NCBI GenBank assembly: GCA_052327205.1 | Contig: CM126205.1 | Span: 241,800,001-241,864,000 of the forward strand | Reading direction: 5' to 3' | DNA length: 64,000 nt | From: Somniosus microcephalus | Taxonomy: Eukaryota | Shown here: positions 61,501 through 64,000 of the stretch, one piece after another | Layout: each line of letters starts with the position of its first letter | Numbering within the stretch: position 1 is the first letter of the stretch | Position numbers and translations under genes: made by a program | Notes under the pieces: model-generated | What the model was told of the DNA's origin: nothing | Database searches by the model: none | The model's input: only the letters and a program-made list of their open reading frames with translations

Positions 61501-62685
61501 CACGCAAACACATCTTGACACGTACTGAAGATTTTTAATAATAAAGATTTAATTATATATTTTTTCTGAACAGTTGCTCCTGAAGCAGATCTTGATGCTG
61601 AGTTAAGGAAGGTACTTGTTCTGCGTGCTGGTGTCACAATGAGAATCTATGTGCCAGTGAGAGGTCGGCCTCCACCGAAGATTAGCTGGGCTAAAAAGGA
61701 TGCGAACATCAAGGATAGACAAGGACTTGAAATCAGAACTTCAGAATATGACACAATGTTATACTGTGAAAATGTGAATCGATACGATGCTGGAAAGTAC
61801 ATTTTAACTTTAGAAAATAGCAGTGGAATAAAGGCATACACACTTATTGTAAAAGTTCTTGGTAAGTTGTTACTAATTATTTCCTTGTCATAAAAAGTAA
61901 AATGTTATTCATGTAAAGCTAGTTGATTGTAATTGTTTTATTCAGTGAGACAACTATTTACTTTTTTTAAACTTTTTAATTAGATACTCCTGGTCCTCCA
62001 GTTAACCTTATAGTTAAAGAAACATCAAAGGATTTTGCTGTTATATCATGGGATCCTCCTCTTGTGGATGGTGGCAGTCCAGTTAAAAATTACATTGTAG
62101 AGAAACGAGATGCTGAAAGAAAGGCATGGTCAACTGTAGCAACTGAATGTGCCAAGACAAGCTTCAGAATTATCAACTTGGAAGAAAGTAAATATTACTA
62201 CTTCAGAGTTCTGGCTGAAAATGAGTATGGCATTGGTGAACCTTGTGAGACAAAAGATGCTGTGAGAGCTTCAGGTAAAGAATAAAATAATACCTGTTAG
62301 AGTGTAGCATAATTATTTTTCATAATGTAATACAGAGCAAAAAACTATGTATATTGTAATTATTTGCCACTAAAAATAATGCATTTTATTAATATAGAAG
62401 AACCTGGGCCTGTGATAGACTTGAAGTCTGCAGCTGTGTCCAAGAAATCTTGCACTTTGACATGGAAAAAACCAATCAGTGATGGTGGAACCCGAATTAT
62501 TGCTTATGTTGTTGAAATGATGCTTGAAGGGGACAGGTTGCACGAGTTGATGAGGTCCAAGAATATGACATTTATAACAAATGAACTGGAAGAAGGAAAA
62601 GAATACACTTTCAGAGTAAGAGCACAGAATGATGCTGGATACAGTGTACCACGTGAAATTACAGTTCTAGCAAAGGATCAAATTG
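1381..62685 (+). CDS. TTN: Titin, internal part (79 exons): distal I-band Ig, I/A junction, D-zone super-repeats 1-6, C-zone repeat 1 and start of repeat 2; gene continues beyond both window ends
   Basis: Spliced translation gives tandem Ig-I domains and then Ig/Fn3 arrays with titin-specific peptides ([45 protein letters not shown]). Every intron I traced is GT-AG except one GC-AG, and phases are consistent. The pattern is six Ig-Fn2-Ig-Fn3 repeats, then Ig-Fn2-Ig-Fn3-Ig-Fn3. Confidence 0.99.
1614..1880 (+). CDS. TTN: titin exon 2 (~242), Ig
   Basis: [11 protein letters not shown]...FLTVE, AG/GT. Confidence 0.95.
1983..2080 (+). CDS. TTN: titin exon 3 (~243), Ig N-half
   Basis: [11 protein letters not shown]...ENAK, AG/GT. 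Confidence 0.95.
3650..3858. mobile_element. GC-rich MITE-like fragment
   Basis: Internal inverted repeat GGAGTCGGG...CCCGACTCC; ends in GTAAAATCCAGCCC, similar to the other TIR elements; sits at the LINE deletion junction. Confidence 0.45.
4795..5253 (+). mobile_element. tRNA-headed SINE with LINE-derived body and tail
   Basis: A-box-like TAGCATAGTGG, B-box-like GAGTTCAAATCC, 3' tail matching the LINE at 14500-14609, poly-A end, and ATTCT duplicated at 4790-4794 and 5254-5258. Confidence 0.9.
5476..5635 (-). mobile_element. CR1-like 3' end remnant
   Basis: Reverse complement ends in GGGCTGATTGGCCTATTTTCTGTGCTG, resembling the CR1 tail at 54770-54795. Confidence 0.55.
6161..6329 (+). CDS. 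TTN: titin exon 4 (~244), Ig C-half
   Basis: [16 protein letters not shown]...LLTVL. Confidence 0.95.
6431..6700 (+). CDS. TTN: titin exon 5 (~245), Ig
   Basis: [11 protein letters not shown]...LKVN. Confidence 0.95.
6794..7060 (+). CDS. TTN: titin exon 6 (~246), Ig
   Basis: [11 protein letters not shown]...LTVI. Confidence 0.95.
7189..7788. mobile_element. degenerate GC-rich MITE-like element
   Basis: GC-rich island in an AT-rich intron; ends GGGGAAGATTTTAAC / GTAAAATTCCC form weak TIRs. Confidence 0.45.
8221..8499 (+). CDS. TTN: titin exon 7 (~247), Ig
   Basis: [10 protein letters not shown]...LQVQ. Confidence 0.95.
8604..9012 (+). CDS. TTN: titin exon 8 (~248), Ig plus Ig N-half
   Basis: [11 protein letters not shown]...RELRESK. 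Confidence 0.95.
9118..9242 (+). CDS. TTN: titin exon 9 (~249), Ig C-half, GC donor
   Basis: [12 protein letters not shown]...LFVE|GCAAGT. Confidence 0.92.
9331..9597 (+). CDS. TTN: titin exon 10 (~250), Ig
   Basis: [11 protein letters not shown]...LELA. Confidence 0.95.
9715..10002 (+). CDS. TTN: titin exon 11 (~251), last Ig before the first Fn3
   Basis: [10 protein letters not shown]...LNVI; TAGCAG tandem acceptor (alternative start 9718). Confidence 0.92.
10112..10411 (+). CDS. TTN: titin exon 12 (~252), Fn3
   Basis: VPGPIQNLN...KNKF. Confidence 0.95.
10511..10813 (+). CDS. TTN: titin exon 13 (~253), Fn3
   Basis: [10 protein letters not shown]...MDPI. Confidence 0.95.
10905..11092 (+). 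CDS. TTN: titin exon 14 (~254), Fn3 N-part
   Basis: KPSPPIEF...TTFK. Confidence 0.95.
11585..11686 (-). mobile_element. short copy of the bipartite SINE family (body plus tail)
   Basis: Reverse complement reads TGGTCTGGCCTACATGTGACTCCAG...AGGGATGGGCAAAAAA, matching 5035-5059 and 5191-5206. Confidence 0.75.
11690..11930 (-). mobile_element. L2 LINE remnant
   Basis: Minus-strand translation [25 protein letters not shown] resembles the L2 ORF2 C-terminal LQLIQNSAARILT..ITPVLADL. Confidence 0.65.
11940..12113 (+). mobile_element. CR1 3' UTR fragment
   Basis: GATCTCATTGAATGGCGGAACAGGCTCGAGAGGCTGAATGGCCTACTCCTGTTCCTATG, a CR1-type tail. Confidence 0.8.
12243..14609 (+). mobile_element. 5'-truncated APE-RT LINE (CR1/Jockey-group; clade not determined), inactive
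   Basis: Endonuclease motifs YRPP, GDFN, PTRG.NLLD, SDH; RT motifs [31 protein letters not shown]; stops and frameshifts; YADD region deleted at ~14036; poly-A end. Confidence 0.93.
14832..14946 (+). CDS. TTN: titin exon 15 (~255), Fn3 C-part
   Basis: [10 protein letters not shown]...DDPH. Confidence 0.95.
15060..15344 (+). CDS. TTN: titin exon 16 (~256), Ig
   Basis: APSFDLRAF...VNVI. Confidence 0.95.
15420..16870 (-). mobile_element. L2 LINE remnant (3' part) split by a MITE
   Basis: Minus ORF 16596..16811 ([13 protein letters not shown]) resembles the L2 motif RNLGVIFD.ELSFK; homology continues on both sides of 15810-16487. Confidence 0.6.
15810..16487. mobile_element. CpG-rich MITE (PIF/Harbinger-group-like)
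   Basis: 16-bp TIRs GGGGGAAAAATTCAGT / ACTGAATTTCTCTCCC; 3-bp TSD AAT (15807-9, 16488-90); TGACGTCA at 15976. Confidence 0.85.
16921..17072 (+). CDS. TTN: titin exon 17 (~257), Fn3 N-part
   Basis: RPSAPKDIK...TWVK. Confidence 0.95.
17961..18108 (+). CDS. TTN: titin exon 18 (~258), Fn3 C-part
   Basis: [10 protein letters not shown]...SAPA. Confidence 0.95.
18622..20136. mobile_element. old ~1.5-kb non-autonomous TIR element
   Basis: Imperfect TIRs GAGCTAATTTTAG / TGAAAATTAGGCTC bound a higher-GC block; no TSD or transposase recognised. Confidence 0.4.
20207..20384 (+). CDS. TTN: titin exon 19 (~259), Fn3 N-part
   Basis: [10 protein letters not shown]...VNEL. Confidence 0.95.
20471..20592 (+). 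CDS. TTN: titin exon 20 (~260), Fn3 C-part
   Basis: [11 protein letters not shown]...IDPK. Confidence 0.95.
20850..21043. mobile_element. short fold-back MITE
   Basis: Weak TIRs; outer stem GAGCCTTACT/AGTGAGGCTC encloses two hairpins. Confidence 0.55.
21112..21399 (+). CDS. TTN: titin exon 21 (~261), Ig
   Basis: VPEIRLDVK...VNIL. Confidence 0.95.
21497..21793 (+). CDS. TTN: titin exon 22 (~262), Fn3
   Basis: KPGPPAAFD...KYAF. Confidence 0.95.
21904..22090 (+). CDS. TTN: titin exon 23 (~263), Fn3 N-part
   Basis: PPGPPTRLQ...DASF. Confidence 0.95.
22545..23445 (+). repeat. G-rich minisatellite, ~23-bp unit GGGTGCAAGG(A/G)TCATCGGGGGCC, roughly 40 copies
   Basis: Directly visible tandem array with 23-bp and shorter (~19-20 bp) variants. 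Confidence 0.97.
23470..23752 (+). mobile_element. CR1 3' UTR fragment with duplicated tail
   Basis: Ends GGCGGAGCAGGCTCGAGGGGCCGATTGGCCTACTCCTGCTCCTATTTCTTATGTTCTTATG; a diverged copy of the same tail lies at ~23559-23604. Confidence 0.8.
23909..24024 (+). CDS. TTN: titin exon 24 (~264), Fn3 C-part
   Basis: [10 protein letters not shown]...KDPI. Confidence 0.95.
24077..24219. mobile_element. short palindromic MITE
   Basis: 22-bp arms 24114-24135 / 24162-24183 (2 non-Watson-Crick positions); outer TIR GGTAAATTTTG / CAGAATTGACC. Confidence 0.7.
24274..24573 (+). CDS. TTN: titin exon 25 (~265), Fn3
   Basis: PPWPPGKPN...KERL. Confidence 0.95.
24687..24986 (+). CDS. TTN: titin exon 26 (~266), Fn3
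   Basis: [10 protein letters not shown]...KDTF. Confidence 0.95.
25090..25195 (+). CDS. TTN: titin exon 27 (~267), Fn3 N-part
   Basis: [10 protein letters not shown]...RPIQ. Confidence 0.95.
25308..25504 (+). CDS. TTN: titin exon 28 (~268), Fn3 C-part
   Basis: [10 protein letters not shown]...EDPT. Confidence 0.95.
25599..25904 (+). CDS. TTN: titin exon 29 (~269), Fn3 (last of the six-Fn3 run)
   Basis: [10 protein letters not shown]...KDSD. Confidence 0.95.
26018..26296 (+). CDS. TTN: titin exon 30 (~270), Ig, start of D-repeat 1
   Basis: [10 protein letters not shown]...VKVI. Confidence 0.95.
26410..26709 (+). CDS. TTN: titin exon 31 (~271), Fn3
   Basis: [10 protein letters not shown]...EDQK. 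Confidence 0.93.
26820..27122 (+). CDS. TTN: titin exon 32 (~272), Fn3
   Basis: [10 protein letters not shown]...LDPV. Confidence 0.95.
27295..27669 (+). CDS. TTN: titin exon 33 (~273), Ig with long loop insertion
   Basis: [10 protein letters not shown]...VAVL. Confidence 0.95.
27784..28086 (+). CDS. TTN: titin exon 34 (~274), Fn3
   Basis: [10 protein letters not shown]...KNPF. Confidence 0.95.
28295..28594 (+). CDS. TTN: titin exon 35 (~275), Fn3
   Basis: [10 protein letters not shown]...RDPI. Confidence 0.95.
28695..28991 (+). CDS. TTN: titin exon 36 (~276), Fn3
   Basis: [10 protein letters not shown]...REPK. Confidence 0.93.
29083..29367 (+). CDS. TTN: titin exon 37 (~277), Ig, start of D-repeat 2
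   Basis: [10 protein letters not shown]...VGIV. Confidence 0.95.
29465..29758 (+). CDS. TTN: titin exon 38 (~278), Fn3
   Basis: [10 protein letters not shown]...VDPL. Confidence 0.95.
29846..30145 (+). CDS. TTN: titin exon 39 (~279), Fn3
   Basis: [10 protein letters not shown]...QDDE. Confidence 0.95.
30290..30598 (+). CDS. TTN: titin exon 40 (~280), Ig
   Basis: [10 protein letters not shown]...VNIL. Confidence 0.95.
30722..30912 (+). CDS. TTN: titin exon 41 (~281), Fn3 N-part
   Basis: [10 protein letters not shown]...RRYG. Confidence 0.93.
31012..31441 (+). CDS. TTN: titin exon 42 (~282), Fn3 C-part plus Fn3
   Basis: [10 protein letters not shown]...ADPI. Confidence 0.95.
31734..32042 (+). 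CDS. TTN: titin exon 43 (~283), Fn3
   Basis: [10 protein letters not shown]...KEIL. Confidence 0.95.
32130..32278 (+). CDS. TTN: titin exon 44 (~284), Ig N-part, start of D-repeat 3
   Basis: [10 protein letters not shown]...TVIK. Confidence 0.95.
32588..32949 (-). mobile_element. 5S rRNA-derived segment joined to a GC-rich body and a non-LTR-type tail (SINE3-like candidate)
   Basis: Minus strand 32949-32879 GGAAGCTAAGCAGAGCCAGGCCTGGTTAGTGCCTGGAGGGTTGACCATCAGGGAAGACCAGGTGC matches the 3' two-thirds of vertebrate 5S; tail CAATGACAATAAAGTTGAA(TTA)n. Confidence 0.6.
35466..35498 (+). CDS. TTN: titin exon 45 (~285), 33-nt microexon inside an Ig
   Basis: TTTAG|[11 protein letters not shown]|GTAATA; resembles human DGVHDIPEDAQ (recalled). 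Confidence 0.9.
35612..35741 (+). CDS. TTN: titin exon 46 (~286), Ig C-part
   Basis: [10 protein letters not shown]...VNVL. Confidence 0.95.
35835..36134 (+). CDS. TTN: titin exon 47 (~287), Fn3
   Basis: [10 protein letters not shown]...RDPI. Confidence 0.95.
36251..36568 (+). CDS. TTN: titin exon 48 (~288), Fn3
   Basis: [10 protein letters not shown]...IDQT. Confidence 0.95.
36667..36963 (+). CDS. TTN: titin exon 49 (~289), Ig
   Basis: [10 protein letters not shown]...LNVL. Confidence 0.95.
37090..37389 (+). CDS. TTN: titin exon 50 (~290), Fn3
   Basis: [10 protein letters not shown]...RNLF. Confidence 0.95.
37723..38037 (+). CDS. TTN: titin exon 51 (~291), Fn3
   Basis: [10 protein letters not shown]...RDPI. 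Confidence 0.95.
38269..38624 (-). mobile_element. HE1-like V-SINE (tRNA-derived)
   Basis: Head GGGCAGCACGGTGGCATAGTGGTTAGCACTG; V-domain TGTGTGGAGTTTGCACATTCTCCCCGTG...GGTTTCCTCCGGGTGCTCCGGTTTCCTCCCAC; CR1-type tail GATGGGCCGAAATGGCCTC. Confidence 0.93.
38682..38830 (+). CDS. TTN: titin exon 52 (~292), Fn3 N-part
   Basis: [10 protein letters not shown]...EWEK. Confidence 0.95.
39342..41993 (+). mobile_element. Penelope-like retroelement (RT plus GIY-YIG endonuclease), 5'-truncated and frameshifted
   Basis: [55 protein letters not shown]; GIY-YIG-like [14 protein letters not shown]...AEH...HFN (41360-41485); 11-bp TSD ACAGGAAAATG at 39331-39341 and 41994-42004. Confidence 0.95.
41896..41930 (+). 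ncRNA. minimal type I hammerhead ribozyme motif (U3-A8 core variant) in the Penelope 3' repeat
   Basis: AGTT-TTGAAAA-A-GGGT(TAG)ACCC-GAAA-CG-TC-GACT: stem I, core, stem II, GAAA, vestigial palindromic stem III, UC site. Confidence 0.65.
42279..42429 (+). CDS. TTN: titin exon 53 (~293), Fn3 C-part
   Basis: [10 protein letters not shown]...KDRI. Confidence 0.95.
42514..42795 (+). CDS. TTN: titin exon 54 (~294), Ig, start of D-repeat 4
   Basis: [10 protein letters not shown]...VDVL. Confidence 0.95.
42881..43183 (+). CDS. TTN: titin exon 55 (~295), Fn3
   Basis: [10 protein letters not shown]...KEPI. Confidence 0.95.
43283..43585 (+). CDS. TTN: titin exon 56 (~296), Fn3
   Basis: [10 protein letters not shown]...KDQL. 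Confidence 0.95.
43667..43948 (+). CDS. TTN: titin exon 57 (~297), Ig
   Basis: [10 protein letters not shown]...VTVV. Confidence 0.95.
44040..44339 (+). CDS. TTN: titin exon 58 (~298), Fn3
   Basis: [10 protein letters not shown]...KDRY. Confidence 0.95.
44672..44974 (+). CDS. TTN: titin exon 59 (~299), Fn3
   Basis: [10 protein letters not shown]...KDPV. Confidence 0.93.
45076..45384 (+). CDS. TTN: titin exon 60 (~300), Fn3
   Basis: [10 protein letters not shown]...KDRL. Confidence 0.95.
45499..45780 (+). CDS. TTN: titin exon 61 (~301), Ig, start of D-repeat 5
   Basis: [10 protein letters not shown]...VAVL. Confidence 0.95.
45896..46195 (+). CDS. TTN: titin exon 62 (~302), Fn3
   Basis: [10 protein letters not shown]...FDPI. 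Confidence 0.95.
46296..46589 (+). CDS. TTN: titin exon 63 (~303), Fn3
   Basis: [10 protein letters not shown]...QEKL. Confidence 0.95.
46704..49670 (+). CDS. TTN: titin exon 64 (~304), 2967-nt exon with 10 domains (Ig-Fn-Fn-Fn-Ig-Fn-Fn-Ig-Fn-Fn; D-repeats 5/6)
   Basis: [19 protein letters not shown]...LAKDPM; covered by ORF 46676..49771. Confidence 0.97.
49799..50119 (+). CDS. TTN: titin exon 65 (~305), Fn3, end of D-zone
   Basis: [10 protein letters not shown]...KEVL. Confidence 0.95.
50234..50518 (+). CDS. TTN: titin exon 66 (~306), Ig, start of C-repeat 1
   Basis: [10 protein letters not shown]...VKVL. Confidence 0.95.
52591..54474 (-). mobile_element. solo LTR (~1.2 kb excluding the nested MITE)
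   Basis: TG...CA ends with imperfect inverted termini (TGTAGAGATTA / TAATTTCTAACA); 4-bp TSD GATT (52587-90, 54475-78); minus-strand TATAAA (53790-95) upstream of ATTAAA (53357-62). Confidence 0.75.
52662..53350. mobile_element. CpG-rich MITE (PIF/Harbinger-group-like)
   Basis: Perfect 12-bp TIR GGCCTAGAAATT / AATTTCTAGGCC; 3-bp TSD ATT; 20-bp palindrome CACCGATGACGTCATCGGTG at 52787-52806. Confidence 0.92.
54844..55143 (+). CDS. TTN: titin exon 67 (~307), Fn3
   Basis: [10 protein letters not shown]...SDPN. Confidence 0.95.
55293..55595 (+). CDS. TTN: titin exon 68 (~308), Fn3
   Basis: [10 protein letters not shown]...KEQL. Confidence 0.95.
56300..56652 (-). mobile_element. SacSINE1-like DeuSINE, degraded
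   Basis: GGGCCTCAGTTTAACATCT...TACTGCACTGAAGTGGCAGCCTA...CTTGAATCCACAACCTTCTGAC, the reverse of a tRNA head plus Deu-type body (family recalled). Confidence 0.7.
56741..56852. mobile_element. short palindromic MITE-like fold-back
   Basis: Arms GAGTACATACTGCTGGCGGGGAAACTT (56755-81) / AAGCTCCCTGCCAGCAGCACATACTT (56813-38). Confidence 0.55.
56935..57210 (+). CDS. TTN: titin exon 69 (~309), Ig
   Basis: [10 protein letters not shown]...VVIM. Confidence 0.95.
57346..57645 (+). CDS. TTN: titin exon 70 (~310), Fn3
   Basis: [10 protein letters not shown]...KYQF. Confidence 0.95.
57742..58044 (+). CDS. TTN: titin exon 71 (~311), Fn3
   Basis: [10 protein letters not shown]...RTPV. Confidence 0.95.
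58177..58476 (+). CDS. TTN: titin exon 72 (~312), Fn3
   Basis: [10 protein letters not shown]...LAEH. Confidence 0.95.
58620..58907 (+). CDS. TTN: titin exon 73 (~313), Ig
   Basis: [10 protein letters not shown]...LKVL. Confidence 0.95.
58923..59030 (+). repeat. imperfect ~44-bp tandem repeat, about 2.5 copies
   Basis: AATA(G)CTTCATAAAA recurs at 58923, 58966 and 59010. Confidence 0.6.
59109..59362. mobile_element. short MITE related to 52662-53350, opposite orientation
   Basis: TIR GGCCTAGAA / TTCTAGGCC; TSD AAT; same 20-bp CRE palindrome at 59207-59226. Confidence 0.9.
59411..59707 (+). CDS. TTN: titin exon 74 (~314), Fn3
   Basis: [10 protein letters not shown]...KNPY. Confidence 0.95.
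59801..60103 (+). CDS. TTN: titin exon 75 (~315), Fn3
   Basis: [10 protein letters not shown]...RDPQ. Confidence 0.95.
60197..60502 (+). CDS. TTN: titin exon 76 (~316), Fn3, end of C-repeat 1
   Basis: [10 protein letters not shown]...KDIL. Confidence 0.95.
60559..60600 (-). mobile_element. Penelope 3'-repeat relic
   Basis: Reverse complement CCACAGATGCTGCCTGCCCTGCTGAGTATT matches 41942-41970. Confidence 0.6.
61574..61861 (+). CDS. TTN: titin exon 77 (~317), Ig, start of C-repeat 2
   Basis: [10 protein letters not shown]...VKVL. Confidence 0.95.
61984..62274 (+). CDS. TTN: titin exon 78 (~318), Fn3
   Basis: [10 protein letters not shown]...VRAS. Confidence 0.95.
62398..62685 (+). CDS. TTN: titin exon 79 (~319), Fn3
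   Basis: [10 protein letters not shown]...KDQI; TAGAAG tandem acceptor (alternative start 62401). Confidence 0.92.
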
Positions 62686-62854
62686 GTGAGTAATTTTTCA
62701 CATTACTATAGTAACAAGCTCCTATTGACGTCTACAGTTTGTCTTGCAATAAATACAAATTTGATTACAAGTGTGAATCGTTGAAAGTAGAATAAATGAT
62801 ATTTGGTAATGGTAGCTAACCAAACTAGACCTAGATAGAAAAATGACACTGTAC

Positions 62855-63205
62855 CTTGTCCTCCGAATGTTCTAAAGTGCTTCATAGCTAATAAATTACT
62901 TTTAAAGTGTAGTCACTGCTGTTATGTAGACAAATATGGCAGCCACTGGAAATAAGGCGAATAACCAGTACACTTTTTTGTTGAGGAAGGAATGTTGTCC
63001 AGGATTTCAGAAAAATTCTCTATTCTTCTTCAAATTGTGCTCCTGAACCACCAAAGCAGATTGATGGAGCCTCAATTTAACATCTCAGTATTTCCTCAAT
63101 ACTACATTCAGTTGTCAGCCTAGATTACATGCTGAAGCCCAAATGGAGCTTCAGCCTACAAAGTTCTGACTGCGAGATGGGTGTGCGAAATGAGGCACAC
63201 TAACA
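62855..63205 (-). mobile_element. second SacSINE1-like DeuSINE, degraded
   Basis: AAAGTGCTTCA...TACTTTTAAAGTGTAGTCACTG...GCCTCAATTTAACATCTCA...GTCAGCCTAGATTA, colinear with 56300-56652. Confidence 0.65.
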
Positions 63206-63423
63206 CCTAATCCTATAACAACTACAACCTTTAAAATGCCACTTAAACCTGTAACAATCCTGTAAAGCCTATACGTGTAACAATTTAATCTGGAAGTAGG
63301 TGAGCTTTAAAAAAAAATTGGTAATCTGCTTGGCAATTAACAGGTTTAAACTAAAACCACAACAATCAGATAGGATGTTTTGAATTTAAAAGGGAACCTC
63401 ACCACCAGTAAACTAAACTATTA

Positions 63424-64000
63424 GGTCATGTCTGACTAATCTAGTTGAATTCTTTGAGGAGGTCACTAACAAGGTGGACAGAGGAGTGTCTATGAATGTT
63501 ATCTATATGGATTTCCAGAAGGCATTTGATAAGGTTCCGCACAAGAGATTATTAGCAAAATGAGAGCTAAGAAAGACAAATCGTAATATTTTCTTAATGG
63601 CGAGAGACTAGGAACTGTAGAGGAGCAAAGGGATTTGGGTGTCCAGGTACACAAATCACTAAAAGCTAGTGCACAGGTACAAAAAGTAATCAAAAAGGCT
63701 AATGGAATGTTGGCGTTTGTGTCAAGAGGGTTGGAATACAAAGGGGAGGAAGGTATGCTTCAGTTGTACAGAGCCTTGGTCAAACCATCAGGAGTATTGC
63801 ATTCAGTTCTGGGCACCAAACCTCAGGAAGGATATATTGGCCTTGGAGTGGGTATAGCACAGATTTACCAGAATTATATTGGGGCTTAGTGGGTTATATT
63901 ATGTGGACAGATTTCATAAACTTGGGATGCATTTTCTTGAGTTTAAAAAGTTATGGGGTGATCGAATTGAGGTGTTTAAATTGATAAATGGATTAAATAA
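63424..64000 (+). mobile_element. CR1 RT fragment with internal deletion, runs off the window
   Basis: SCLTNLVEFFEEVT...IYMDFQKAFDKVPH joined at ~63570 to DLGVQVHKSLK...KKANGMLAF. Confidence 0.88.

Noticed and set aside
61260-61520. Possible short solo LTR (TGT...ACA with internal GTGACA.TGTTCT repeats)
   Set aside because: No TSD, and no clear promoter or poly(A) signals in the right order.
1595-61841. Many minus-strand ORFs overlapping titin exons and Penelope
   Set aside because: Antisense shadows of coding sequence with no recognisable domains.

Overview
This is eukaryotic (vertebrate) DNA. The repeat families (HE1-like V-SINE, SacSINE1-like DeuSINE, CR1, Penelope) point to a cartilaginous fish. 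The whole window lies inside the titin gene (TTN) on the + strand. I can trace 79 consecutive coding exons from 1381 to 62685, totalling 23,242 nt (about 7,747 codons) in one open spliced frame. They encode the end of the distal tandem-Ig I-band, the I/A junction, all six 7-domain D-zone super-repeats, the first 11-domain C-zone super-repeat and the start of the second. From recall they appear to match human exons ~241-319 one-to-one. Most introns are ~80-130 nt. The few long ones hold transposons: APE-RT LINEs with a partner SINE, CR1 and L2 remnants, a Penelope-like element, a solo LTR, several TIR MITEs, a 5S-derived segment and a G-rich minisatellite. The best leads are: (1) a minimal hammerhead ribozyme with a compensatory U3-A8 core in the Penelope tail, sense to the titin pre-mRNA; (2) a tRNA-headed SINE built from both the 5' leader and the 3' end of a LINE present in the same window; (3) a CRE-carrying MITE family; (4) long TE-bearing introns concentrated in domain-splitting introns; and (5) a motif-dense intron next to the expected Cronos internal promoter. 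I found no evidence of a new protein-coding system. Human exon and domain numbers are from memory and were not checked by alignment.
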